Positions 1 through 12,520 of a DNA stretch of 64,000 nt are shown here, in pieces. A program made the translations under genes and the position numbers. Origin of the DNA: Eledone cirrhosa (Eukaryota). The stretch lies in contig OZ024740.1 of assembly GCA_964016885.1 (NCBI GenBank), positions 66,712,001-66,776,000 on the forward strand, read 5' to 3'. How positions within the stretch are numbered: position 1 is the stretch's first letter; each line of letters starts with the position of its first letter. Below the pieces are notes generated by a model. That model was not told where the DNA came from, searched no databases, and saw nothing but the letters and a program-made list of their open reading frames with translations.

Positions 1-99
1 TGCTACTCCACTACACCTAACCTAGCTAGGAATATAGCCAACCACAATTCTAAAAAATTAAATAAGCCAACCACCTCCGAACCCGATCCCCGGACTGGG

Positions 100-552
100 G
101 CTCTGTGTAATTGCCTAAGTAAGGAAGCATGCCCACTTGAAAACAAATGCCTCACAAATGATATCGTATACAAATGCGATGTCATCTCAGGCACCGATGA
201 TTGCAAAAAAATTTGCATCGGCATGACCTCCAACAACTTTAAGACCCGTTGGTATGCCCATACCCACTCCTTCAGTAGACCGGACAAATCAAACCAGACA
301 ACACTCGCCTCCTATGTTTGGGACCTCACAAGGAACTCCACCCACTTCACGCTTAAATGGAAAATATTCCAGAAAGCGCGCTCTTACAACGGAGGACACA
401 AGGGCTGCGACCTTTGTATCTCAGAGAGCTACGAAATTTTATTCGCCAAGGGCCCGCTCCTGAACAAACTCTCTGAACACTGGCCGAACTGTATGCACAA
501 GAACTTTGCAACTTTCAAACACTTTAAGCCAGTGTTAAAGCCCGATGGCTAA
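100..552 (+). mobile_element. Penelope-like element (Nematis-like) 3' end, GIY-YIG endonuclease fragment
   Basis: Reads CNCLSKEACPLENKCLTNDIVYKC..ICIGMTSNNFKTRWYAH..TTLASYVW..LKWKI..CDLCISE..LLN..CMH; same architecture as the endonuclease in ORF 9270-10673. Confidence 0.85.
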
Positions 553-877
553 AAACGACCTCCTCCTATTGGCCCCTATACCTCCTTCCCACCCTACTCC
601 CACCCCTCCTCAACCTGAAATACGGCCACTATGGTTATGAGAGTACCTCTTGCCTATCTGCATTTTCAGCCTGTAGAGCTGTTTTTATGTGCCTGTGTAT
701 ATGCGTATATTTATTGAGTACTTATTTAATTGTATGTGTATATATTTGTGTGTATGTGTGAATATGTATGTATATGTATATGTATGTGTATGTATGTGTA
801 TATGTGCACATGTATATGTGTATGTGTGTGTATATATATATATGTATATATATATGTATATATATATGTATATATAC

Positions 878-955
<78 letters not shown>

Positions 956-978
956 ATATATATATATATATGTATACA

Positions 979-1214
979 TCATCTGAGTGAGATTCTTGGT
1001 CAGTGTCCAAGTCTCATACCCATACAGCAGCACAGACTCCACTATAGCAATGAAGAGGCGGACACACTAGAAGGGGAAGACCAAGGTTAACGTATGTTGA
1101 TGCCCTAAGGACAGACACTGGTCGGTTGGAGACACAGGAGAGGGCAGCGATAATGAGGGACAGAGACCGCTGGAGAGAACTCGTCCATGGATCTCGGGAA
1201 TTTTACCCGCCTTA
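979..1214. mobile_element. RTE-clade LINE 3' fragment with 5' inversion
   Basis: 979-1060 (-) encodes [20 protein letters not shown]; 1062-1214 (+) encodes [36 protein letters not shown]; both match the copy at 34165-34640. Confidence 0.88.
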
Positions 1215-1541
1215 GATAGATAGATATGTATGCATGTGTATGTATGTATGTATATATATATATATGTGTGTATATATGTGTATATGTATATATATGTATA
1301 TATATGTGTGTATATATGTGTGTGTGTATGTGTGTGTGTATGCGTGTGTGTATATATATATATGTGTGTGTGTGTGCGTGTGTGGGTATTTGTGTGTATG
1401 TGTTTGTGTGGTTCTCTCTGTGTGTGTGTATTTATTTATTATGTATATATATGTGTGTGTGTATATATGTGTATATATGTGTGTGTGTGAGTGTATGTAT
1501 ATATATATATGTGTGTATGTATATATGTGTATATGTGTATA

Positions 1542-1575
<34 letters not shown>

Positions 1576-1611
1576 AGTATATGTGTGTATGTGTGTGTGT
1601 ATATGTGCATA

Positions 1612-1659
<48 letters not shown>

Positions 1660-1782
1660 TATATGTGTGTGTGTGTATATATATGTGTGTATATATGTGT
1701 ATATATATATATATGTATATGTGTGTGTATATATATATATATATATGTGTGTATATGTGTATATGTAGGTGTATGTATGTAC

Positions 1783-1873
<91 letters not shown>

Positions 1874-1919
1874 TGTGTGTGTATGTATATGTGTGTGTGT
1901 ATATATATATGTGTGTGTG

Positions 1920-1974
<55 letters not shown>

Positions 1975-1989
1975 GTATGTGTGTGTATA

Positions 1990-2023
<34 letters not shown>

Positions 2024-2024
<1 letters not shown>

Positions 2025-2080
2025 CATCATCATCATCATCATCATTTTACGTCCGCTTTTCCCTGCTTGCAAGTGTGGGA
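2024..2080 (-). mobile_element. 3' tail of an RTE-type LINE/SINE with (GAT)n tail
   Basis: Minus strand reads ..gcaagcagggaaaagcggacgtaaaatgatgatgatg. Confidence 0.5.
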
Positions 2081-2142
2081 CATACTCGCGCGCACCCATA
2101 AATACACACACATACACATATACACATATATACACACACATA

Positions 2143-2184
<42 letters not shown>

Positions 2185-2261
2185 TATGTATGTAAAGTGT
2201 ATGTGTGTATATATATGTGTATGTATGTGTGTATATGTGTATATATGTATATATGTATATA

Positions 2262-2310
<49 letters not shown>

Positions 2311-2353
2311 ATATATATATATATATATACATATGTGTGTATGTATGTGTGTG

Positions 2354-2417
<64 letters not shown>

Positions 2418-2997
2418 TATGTGTGTGTGTATATGTGTATATCTGTATGTGTGTGTATTTATGGGTGCGCGCGAGTATGTGAGTGTGTTTCGTAAATGTG
2501 TCTGTTGATTTTTGGCATATAGTTGAATAGTTTAAGAGAAATTTAAAGATAATTGTAAGATATGCACTCAATATTTTGAATTTGTCTACATAATTCTCTA
2601 AATCTTTGTCACTTAGTAGAACCTTAAAGAATTTACCTTTTAAAGAATCTCCATTTCCTTTAAATCTATCTACCATGACTGACCCCCACTGACCTTATAC
2701 ACACCTGTTAGCTTAAGAGAAACTTAATAATAAGGAGTGGCATGCCATCCTGAAACTGTTTATAGAATTCTTTCTGCCTTTGTTACTCTAAAAATAAAAA
2801 TAAACTATAGCTTTGTAGCATTAGCTTTTAATGAATTCCCTTTTCTATCAACCAATGACCTACACCCATCCCACTCCCCACACTCTCCTACCACTTGTAG
2901 AGACCTATAATACCATACTTATTTTTTGATACCCAGATTCCTGATCATTTCTAAAGAATGAATCAGTTCTAGCCCTGTAGAATCTTATCTATAATAA

Positions 2998-3040
<43 letters not shown>

Positions 3041-3904
3041 TATATATATATATATATATATATAAGAGGGTGTTAAAGTTTGCTTGAAGCATTGTGAAAT
3101 GTGTAAAATACGTAGTTAAGAAAGCCACAACAATGCAGAGGGAAATCTCGAGGTAGGAAGTGAAAGATAGATAGGAAAAACAGGTGAAAGTGAAAATTGA
3201 GAGAGACAAAGATGAAAACAAAACAAAGGTAGAAGGGTTACCGTAGTGGAGATTTAATCCCAATATTTCGGGCTCACGCCCATCAGCGGGGGAAAGTTCC
3301 AAAAGGGGAGGAACAGACCCAGCGGAGAAAGTTGTGATGTCGTTAAGACAGGAATGCCGTTATGGGGAGAAAATTATTTAAAATTTAAACGAGGGAAAGA
3401 ATGCGCGTGCGCGTGATAGGCTGTGGCAAAAGCTACTGACCAAATGGGTTAAATCAAGAGGGTGCGCTAGCGTGTGAAGGCCGTAAGATATGTGTGTGTA
3501 AATATATATGTGTGTGTAACTGTGTGTGTATAAGTGTAAGTGTGTATATGTGTGAGTGTGTGTGTGTGTGAAAGATAGTGGGCTGTAGAAGCTGGAAATC
3601 AAAGGGTGTGAAAGGTGGTAGGTTGTAAAACATGTGTGCGTGTATAAATATAGATGTGTGTGTGTAAGCGTATGGGTATACATGTGTGTGTAACTGTGTG
3701 TGTATATGTGTGAGTGCGTTTGTGTGTGAAAGATAGTGGGCTGTAGAAACTGGAAATCAAAGGGTGTGAAAGGTGGTAGGTTGTAAAAACATGTGTGCGT
3801 GTATAAATATAGATGTGTGTGGGTATGCGTATGGGTATGCATATACGTGCGTGTGTGTGAAGATAGCAGGCCGTAGGCTGTGAATGGTCACTATGGTTAA
3901 GTTA

Positions 3905-4190
3905 GCCATGTCAGCTCATTTCTCTCAGCCCGGTTGTTAAGTGGGGGTCTGAGGCTCTTAATAACAAGTGCTTCCTTTATCCTTAAGGATCCGATGCTGC
4001 GTTCAGTCGCTAGGACTGTGACCAAGGGTCTACCCTGTGGGTTTCCGCATTTAATGATGTGTTTACGGAAGGAAGATGCGTTGGTGTTGATATGTTCCTT
4101 GATACGAACATGTAGGGGTCGGATGGTGCTACCTATGTAAAACTTGTTACATTTATCGCATTGAATCTTATATACGACATAGGTGCGATA
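3905..4190 (-). mobile_element. Poseidon/Penelope-type PLE GIY-YIG endonuclease fragment (probable 3' UTR continues to ~3060)
   Basis: Minus frame VVYKIQCDKCNKFYIGSTIRPLHVRIKEH...RIKEALVIKSLRPPLN; truncated by the PLE starting at ~4187. Confidence 0.8.
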
Positions 4191-5023
4191 TAGAAACTAG
4201 GTATATTATTTATTTATGGTTTATATACTAAAAAAATTGATTAAATGGTTGGAAAATGTGTTATTAAAATAAAATAAAGTAAAATGAAATTAAATGATTT
4301 ATAAGCGTAGAAGACAATATAATGTCATAGTTTGTTTAAATAGAGTGTCATTCAAAAATGAGAGAAAAATGTGTGAAGAGATATTTATGTGAAAAACTAT
4401 ATATATGTGTGTAGAAGAAAATAAATAAGAGTAGTCAAACCATGTCAAAAATTAAAAGTTTACTGTTAAAAATGATAGATTATATATAAAAAAATATAAA
4501 TTATATATAAAACAATTATTTAAATGGGAAAACTATTTAAATATTTAAATATTAATTTAATCCACAAGTAAATAAAGGAAAATTTTATAATTATCTAAGC
4601 GTAGAAAAAAGCGTAGAAAAAGCGAAGAGAAAATGGAAAAATAAAATATATGACATCATAATTTGTTTAGAAAATCTACGAAGGTTTATACTGAAAAAAA
4701 AAATTTGATGTGATGAAGGAGGAAAAGTGAGAGTCTTATAAATAGTGAGAAAAAGAATTTAAAGAAACATTAAATATGAACAATTCACAGCTGTTTTTCA
4801 GTTTTGACAGCGTTTCTCGTTTATAAGTCTCTCTCTCTCTATCCTTTGTCTTTTCTCTCTCCTCCTTCCTTCTTAAATGTTTCCTCCGTTATCTTCTCCT
4901 TTTTCCTTTTCCCCTCTTCCTTCTTTTTTCCAATCTTCTCTCTCCTTTTATATTTTTTATCATATGTTTGCTGGACATTTTCTTGTTCACAAGTGTTTTT
5001 TTAGGCATCATATCATGTTACCT

Positions 5024-5094
5024 TATTTTATTTGATGAGAACACAACTATAGTCCCAGGATGATATTTGTTTTTGAAATGCGCATAATAAAATA
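5024..5094 (+). ncRNA. Minimal type-I hammerhead ribozyme in 5' pLTR (U3 variant)
   Basis: TATTTTAT-TTGATGA-stemII-GAAA-TGCGCA-TA-ATAAAATA; 8-bp stem I, palindromic stem III ATGCGCAT. Confidence 0.8.
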
Positions 5095-5281
5095 CATGGA
5101 ACTTTTTTAACCATCTTTTGATATCTTCTTTTATATACTCCATTTCAATAAACTGTTGAGATATATGTATAGTTTTCTTGTTCTACAATAAAACTCACCT
5201 CCTACATTAACCTGCTCCTTGATTGTTTGAGCGCTAACTCTTATATCGGATACCATTGATGGTCTCTACTTCTTTTATAAC

Positions 5282-7708
5282 ATGGATTACTACAGCATCA
5301 CAACTTCACTTAAAGACATACATATTCCGGGAAAAACTGAATAAACCAAACTTTTGATTGAAAAAACGGACTCCTTTGTGCGAAGGCTTAGATGGATCGC
5401 ATTTTTCCATGACCAGCGCTTAAAAGGAAATTGTTATATAAAGGAACATAATAGTGTTGATTCATTATTTAACTCTAGTAGAAATCCTTCTTTCAATAAA
5501 AACCTAGCACAGTTTGAAAATGAATTAACTAAAATTATACGAGGACTTAAATTCAAAAGAAACCACCATTAAAAGAAACCACCATTATCGAGGCTAGGAA
5601 CACCTTATCAAACTTAAGAATAAAAATTATCGACCTTAATTCTTCTAAACACGTTTTAGTTCATTCTGACAAAACAAATAATGTATACGGCATAACTAAA
5701 GATAAATATAATAACCTTATCCTTAAAGAACTAAGGAAAAATTATCGCAAAACCACCCACGATAATCTTGACTCTATTAATTTCGAAGCATTTGAAATTA
5801 TTTCTGAACTTGCTATCGAGAAAAAACTGAACCCTTTTTCCCAAGAATTCCGAGGATTAATCTGAAAGATCACAAAACAAAATTTCGAACTGAATTGCCT
5901 GTAAGACTAATCTCCCCCTCTAAATCCGATCTTGGGGTTGTTAGTAAATCCCTCTTGGATAGAATTATCCCACAGGTTTGCTCTAATTCTCAATTAAATT
6001 TATGGTTGGGTACTTCTGATATGATAGACTGGTTCAATGACCTGAATAATAAAAACAAACTAAAATTTATTCAGTTTGACATTGCCAGTTACTTTTCTTC
6101 TATTTCTCCTTCACTCCTCAACAAGGCTCTCTCTTATGCGTTTAAATACTCGGGCATCACTACAGATGAAGTGAACATCATTCTCACCGCAAGAAAAACT
6201 AGCCTGGAATGTAACAATGACTATTGGACAAGTGCTAATACTTCCAACAATTTTGACATCACCATGGGTTCGTCGGACTCAGCGCAAAATTGACAGACTT
6301 GGTTGGAATCTTCATCTTGAACTCTTTAAATCGGAAAATTCCTCAACTTCGCGGTGGAATATATCGTGATGATGCCCTTTTTACACTCTTAAACTGTAAC
6401 ATAGTAAACCTTAATATTATCAAGAATAATATACTTGAACTATTTAAGCACCTTAAATTAAAAATTGAATTTGAGAACAACGTTAAATTAGCTAACTTCC
6501 TAGATATATCCCTTAATCTAGATACCGGCCTATATTACCCATACCATAAGGAAAATGAGAACCTAAATTATGTAAATTTTAAATCAAACCACCCTATTAA
6601 TGTTAAAACTGCTATAGTCAAAACTGTTGAAAAAAGAATCTCTAATCTATCTTTTATTAAACTTATCTTTGATGCCAACGCCAACTATTACAATAATGCG
6701 CTATCCAGAGCTGGATATCCAGACAAAATTAAATACACTAAAGAAACCAATATTGGCAGAACTTATAGTAATATAGCTAGTTATAAGCATACCAATAACA
6801 TAAAGAGGAGACCTAGATATAAAAATATCATTTAGTACAACGCTCCATTCTCTCTTTCACTTATTAGTAATATCCCTAAATTATTTTTTAGAGCGTTAAA
6901 TAATTGCTTCCATCCTTCACATATTTATAGTAATATTTTAATAAGCATACCATTAAATTTTCATATTCCACCACTTCCAACATTTCTAACATTATCTCAA
7001 AACATAATACTAAAATATTAAATAATAACTCATATGCATCCAACCTTGAGCGTCATAATAATAACACTACAAGGCCCGACGTCAATGTAAACTCTAGACA
7101 AGATAACTTAAATATAAATACGACATCAAACATAACTTTGATGAATGCTTCAAATAGTAATCTAAATCAGGAAACATTAGCACCTCCTTTAGCTAATTCC
7201 ACCACTACAATTCCTATTATAATCAATCCTGGGCCACTTGCAAATAACTCTGTTAATAATCTTAATCGTAAATGCAATTGCCCTAATTGAACTAAATGCC
7301 CTCTTAATAACTTATGTTTCGATAAAAATCTAGTATACGAATGTAAGGTGCTAACTTGTACCAATTCTTATACATACATTGGCTCTACTTCTACTATATA
7401 AGGCACGACTATATAACCATTCTTCCTCATTTAAATATCCACTTAAAATAACAAACACTGCACTCTCAGAACTCATCTGGTCCTTAAAAGACAAAAACAT
7501 TAACTACAGCATTTCTTGGCGTAAAATATGCAATGCTTCTCCATATTCTAATGCTTCCATATCTAGGGCTTGTAATTTAAGTCTAGCTGAAAAATTTAAC
7601 ATTATCTCGAATTTCAATTCTATAATATATAGACGCACCAATTTATATGCTCTCTGCATCCATAAATCTCGTAGTTCATTTCACAGGTTTATCTTATTCC
7701 ACGAATAA
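5282..7708 (+). pseudogene. PLE RT / GIY-YIG polyprotein, disrupted by stops and frameshifts
   Basis: SLKDIHIP..FVRRLRWIAFF, SDKTNNVY, RLISPSKSDLG, FIQFDIASYF, MGSSDSA, GIYRDDAL, FLDISL, SNHP, CNC..CPL..C, NTALSELIW. Confidence 0.9.
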
Positions 7709-8843
7709 GGTTAACATTTTTTACACATATATATTTTTTTACACAAATATCTTTTTACACTCTTTTTTTCTCGCATATATCAGTACATTCTACAAAGTTT
7801 TAAACATACTATGACGTTATATAGTCTTCTTCGCTTTAAATCGCTCTAGAAAATTCCTTTAGAAAATTAATTCCTCTAGAAAATTCCTTTATCTACTTGG
7901 TTATGCAAAATATTATTTAAATAGTTCATATTTAATGTTTCTTTATATTCTTTTTCTCACTATTTTTAAGCCGCTCACTTTTCCTCCTTCATCACATCAA
8001 ATATTTTTCAGCATAAACCTTCGTATATTTTGTAAACAAATTATGACGTCATATGTTTTCTCCTTCGTTTTTTTTCTTCGCTTTTTCTACGCTCTTTTCT
8101 ACGCTTAAATAATTATAACATTTTCCTTTATTTACTTGTGGATTAAATTAATATTTAAATATTTAAATAGTTTTCCCACATATATAATTTTTATATATAA
8201 AATCTATATTTTTTTTATATATAATCTATAATTTTTATAGGTAAACTTTTAATTTTTGACATGGTTTGACTACTCTTATTTATTTTCTTCTACCCATATA
8301 TATATTTTTTCACATAAATATCTCTTCACACATTTTTCTCACATTCTTCAATTACACTCTATTTAAAGAAACTATGACATTATATTGTCTTCTAAATATT
8401 ATAAATCATTTAACATTATTTTACTTTATTTTATTTTAATAACACATTTTCACACCAATTAATAAATGTTTTTTAGTATATAAACCATAAATAAATAATA
8501 TACCTAGTTTCTATATCTGTAATCATAAACCTCATCAATCATAAACCTCATCAATTTATTAATTTATTTATTTCGTAGACGTATATATTTGTTCAGGCGT
8601 TATTCACAGCTCTTTTTCAGTGTTGACCGCGTTTCCCATTTTGCATGCTCTATCTCTCTTATTTCACTTTTCTCTCGCCTCCTTCCTTCTTAAATTTTTC
8701 CTCCGTTATCTTTTCCTTCATTTTCCTTTTCCCTCTTCCTTCTTTTTTCCAATCTTCTCTCTACTTTTATATATTTTTATCATATGTTGATGGACACTTA
8801 CTTGTTCACAAGTGTTTTTTTTAGGCATCATATCATGTTACCT

Positions 8844-8914
8844 TATTTTATCTGATGAGAACGCAACTATCCTCCCAGGATGATATTTGTTTTTGAAATG
8901 CGCATAATAAAATA
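8844..8914 (+). ncRNA. Minimal type-I hammerhead ribozyme in 3' pLTR
   Basis: TATTTTAT-CTGATGA-stemII-GAAA-TGCGCA-TA-ATAAAATA; canonical core. Confidence 0.88.
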
Positions 8915-9269
8915 TCTGGAACTTTTTTAACCATCTTTTAATTTCTTCTTATATATACTCCAGTTCAATAAATTGTTGAGTGCTACTTATCAGATATTTG
9001 CTTAGTTTTATTGTTCTACAATAAAACTCACCTCCTATATATATATATATATATATATATAGTATTAGTTATACTATTTATGGTTATGTAAACACAAAAC
9101 CTTAAGCAGTTGTAAGTATTTTACACACACCCTAAATAGTGGTAGGCAGTAATGTATTACTACCTTATTACCAGTAAGTTAAGTAGCTCAATGTAAAAAC
9201 ATCAGATGATTTACAGAGCAGTTATATGAAATATAAGACCATAAAGACCTCCCTTACCTCAACGGTGGT

Positions 9270-10673
9270 TTGTACCGCGATGATGCACTTCTACTCATAG
9301 AATATAAAAAATTTAATATAGAAAGAACTAGAAAACAACTGCATAAGACATTCAAAAACTTTAACCTTAGTATCACCATGGACAAAAACACTAAAAATGT
9401 TAACTTCCTAGACGCCACACTATACCTAGACTCAAAAATATATACACCTTTCCATAAGCCTAATGAGAAACTTATTTACGTAGATACCAAGTCTAATCAC
9501 CCTAGATCAATATTAAACTCTATCTCTAAGGGGGTGTCCAATAGAATCTCTAGTCTGTCCTATGACGCAAACATATTTAGCAAAAACTCACAATATTACA
9601 ATCAAGCATTAGCTAGCTCCGGCCATAATATAGAAATAGAGTTCCTACCTAAGAAAACACATAGCTACAACATCATCTCGCACAACATGTCCATGAGGAA
9701 ATCTAATAATAGGAATAGCAACCACAAGTACACCAAAGCGGAGGGTGCCACCGGAAGTAACCATTACCATGGAAACTACTGTGAGGCCTTAGGAGGAAGC
9801 AACACACCAAACACTAAAAGCAAAAATAGAAGAATAAATAATACATTTTTCAACCCTCCTTTCAACCTAAATGTCTCCACCAACATACCTAGGGCTTTCT
9901 TCTCACTACTAGATAAAAACTTCCCTCTAGGACACAAGTACCACAACCTCTTAAACAAAAACACCATTAAAATCTCATACTCTACGACGCCTAACTTAGC
10001 ATACCACATAGCTAGCAGCAATAATAGTAAAATTAGTTCTTACTTCCAACAAACAAAATCACAACGGGATGCAAACCCTCTAAATACCACTGTAGCAAGC
10101 AACAATAGCAACGGCAGTAACAATAGAAATAACTCTAGTATAAGTAATAACACCAGGGTTGTCAACCTGAACACCCAAAATCCTATATCCACCACACAGA
10201 CTTCCGCATTGCATTATAACCAGCGGACTAACGCACAGAATAATTGTAACTGTAGAGCTAATAGAACCTGCCCTTTAGATAAAAAATGCCTAACCAAGGA
10301 TGTCATATACTCATGCACAGTCACGACTAATAACTCTTCAGAAACCTATGTAGGCTCCACTTCTAACTGCTTCAAAATTAGATATAACTCGCACATCCAC
10401 TCGTTCAAAAAGCACAGCCTAGCCAACTCCACCTCACTTTCTAGCTACATACACTATCTAAAATCTAAAAATAAACCATACACACTCAAATGGGAAGTGA
10501 TAGGCAGCGCGACCTCGTACAAACCACCTAATAAATTCTGTAACCTCTGTATACTAGAGACACACAATATTATCTTCTCCAACCGTAACCTACTTAACAA
10601 AAAATCTGAGGTGTTTGCAACTTGCCAGCACCGCCTCAGACATTCCTTCCAAAACTTTAAGCCCTATATATAG
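9270..10673 (+). CDS. 5'-truncated Nematis-like PLE ORF: RT C-terminal half/thumb + GIY-YIG, uninterrupted 467 aa
   Basis: GGLYRDDAL, NFLDATL, SNHP, FNPPFN, CNCRANRTCPLDKKC..VIYSC..YVGST..FKIRY..H, CNLCILE; TTG start is an artefact of truncation. Confidence 0.9.
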   Translation: MYRDDALLLIEYKKFNIERTRKQLHKTFKNFNLSITMDKNTKNVNFLDATLYLDSKIYTPFHKPNEKLIYVDTKSNHPRSILNSISKGVSNRISSLSYDANIFSKNSQYYNQALASSGHNIEIEFLPKKTHSYNIISHNMSMRKSNNRNSNHKYTKAEGATGSNHYHGNYCEALGGSNTPNTKSKNRRINNTFFNPPFNLNVSTNIPRAFFSLLDKNFPLGHKYHNLLNKNTIKISYSTTPNLAYHIASSNNSKISSYFQQTKSQRDANPLNTTVASNNSNGSNNRNNSSISNNTRVVNLNTQNPISTTQTSALHYNQRTNAQNNCNCRANRTCPLDKKCLTKDVIYSCTVTTNNSSETYVGSTSNCFKIRYNSHIHSFKKHSLANSTSLSSYIHYLKSKNKPYTLKWEVIGSATSYKPPNKFCNLCILETHNIIFSNRNLLNKKSEVFATCQHRLRHSFQNFKPYI

Positions 10674-12116
10674 CAATGTCGGACTGGAACCTAACACCAC
10701 ATCTAGCATCAAACACCAGAGACACACCCTATACTACATACCCAACACTAGCTGATCCATTATAACACAAACAACGACATCCCTCTGGAACCCTTCGCAG
10801 GGAAAATACCCATTTATACCTCTACGGCAGGTGTGACAACATCCACCCACCTGGACGGCACTACACCGCTCTAAGGGTAATTTGAGCATGAATTGATCGG
10901 TTGGATGGTGTTGGGCAGAGGAAACACCTTCCTTAGACAGATGTAAAATGATTTAATCGAGTAGCGCTGTTGACCAGTAGGACCGGGCTGCTGAGCGCAG
11001 TGAGTGAATGCAATGCAACTGCCGTGCGGGTTGTACGTATATGGATGATCTGGCGGTCAGAGAGGGGTCGCGAGGACTGCGGATTGACCTTTGGCCTGCC
11101 TGGGGACGATTATCTTTCGACATCCAATGTAGCAAGCGATGACCCAGATCTTACCAGAGATCATTGGGTCCTGAAGCAATCCTGCAATCACCGCGCCTGG
11201 TCATATGAGCAGACTACAACCACAGAGATCATTAATTTAGAATCCTCGCTCATCATCTATAATTTCCATTTGTAGCACCTTAAGATGGGTTAATCCACCT
11301 TAATAATAATATGATCACCTTCAGCATAATTTAGTTAAACTACTCTATAGTTAGTACACTTTATGCTTTAAAAGCCTCTCTTGGAAGGTGCACCTCACCA
11401 TAGAATTTAGGGTCCATATTGGGACACATTTTAATGGCTAGATATAGAAACCCCAGAGTTACCTCCCCGCATGCATTAACTCCCCTTAGCCACACACACA
11501 CTTCCGGTATTCAATGGCGTCTCTCGAAACGTAACAACCTCCTGTATCGAACTAAAGAACACCAGACTACGATCTCTAACTGGATTGTCGTGGATTATGT
11601 GAAAGGCATATAATCGAAATATACACTCCCTTGACCATGAAAATGCCGAAGTACATGAATTACTTGACATCCCTGCGTTGTGCATCTCCAATACTTATAA
11701 CACTTTTAATACTTGCACTACCTTTAATGCTTATAATATTTCTCCACACACAGACTACATCAATCATATAAAGACTTTGCCACCAGATCTACCAACCTAA
11801 CACTCTTATTTACCTACCTAAGTGCCTCTACCACACATATCTCTCTGCCACACTATATAAACAAGACGCACATGCGTGCCACACATATAACATTTGCACT
11901 ATATAACCACTTATCTTCATGTTGTACTTTAACCTATATCTTTGATTTTTGATTGTACCTATTAATATAAATGTAATCTCGAAGTGTGTACTGCCACTCT
12001 AAATTTTGTAATGAATGTTGACCCACAATGTTTGAATATGTATCAATGTTTGAATATGTATTGGTATGTCTCTCGGCTGAAAGGGAGGTCATATAACTGT
12101 CCATGCATTAATAAAT

Positions 12117-12163
12117 TGCTCCGAAGAATCCAAACCTCGGTTTGGAGGAAACAGCTGTAAGCA
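12117..12163 (+). ncRNA. Minimal type-I hammerhead ribozyme (CCGAAGA core variant)
   Basis: TGCT-CCGAAGA-A-TCCAAACC-TC-GGTTTGGA-G-GAAAC-AGCT-GTA-AGCA; palindromic stem III ACAGCTGT, GUA site. Confidence 0.85.
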
Positions 12164-12194
12164 CAATAATGTTTTGAACAGTTCTTTGATTCTT

Positions 12195-12264
<70 letters not shown>

Positions 12265-12520
12265 CACTGTTTAATATTAATCCTTAAAGGGAAACTACAT
12301 ATATTATGATATAGTTACAGAATTAAAATCGAAATAATAATACTTTCAAGCGTAAATATAACTACTTGTTAATCCTATAAGTAAATGACAACTATTGAAT
12401 TGAACTGTGTATAATGTAAAAAGAATAATTCAGATAATAATTCTAAACATTATATAAAATGCATATACTGATGGTGATATGCGAACAAGTTGTGGTAAAT
12501 ATCCTTATACATATGTAATA

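Larger units (their letters stand above)
686..2480. repeat. Compound (TA)n/(TG)n/(TATG)n microsatellite field (interrupted by an RTE fragment)
   Basis: Directly visible; produces the YI/CV/HT pseudo-ORFs. Confidence 0.97.
4187..9036 (+). mobile_element. Near full-length decayed Nematis-like PLE with direct pseudo-LTRs and an inverted 5' extension
   Basis: Direct repeats 4783-5204 / 8602-9036; 4187-4781 is the inverted copy of 7924-8517; internal RT+GIY-YIG ORF; ends in (TA)n. Confidence 0.92.
9240..12203 (+). mobile_element. 5'-truncated Nematis-like PLE including ~1.5 kb 3' UTR/pLTR ending at (TA)n
   Basis: ORF above, C/A-rich UTR, terminal HHR, then (TA)n at 12203. Confidence 0.75.

Noticed and set aside
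685-2508. Long ORFs of YI/CV/HT repeats here and at 18926-21054, 24155-24987, 29007-30233, 49133-50714, 53798-57503
   Set aside because: Translations of stop-free dinucleotide microsatellites
7288-7290. In-frame TGA near the PLE Cys motif as possible selenocysteine (Naiad-like recoding)
   Set aside because: It falls at an Arg position (CNCPN*TKCP versus CNCRANRTCP), probably CGA>TGA decay; the ORF has other stops and frameshifts, the endonuclease is C-terminal and no SECIS was seen
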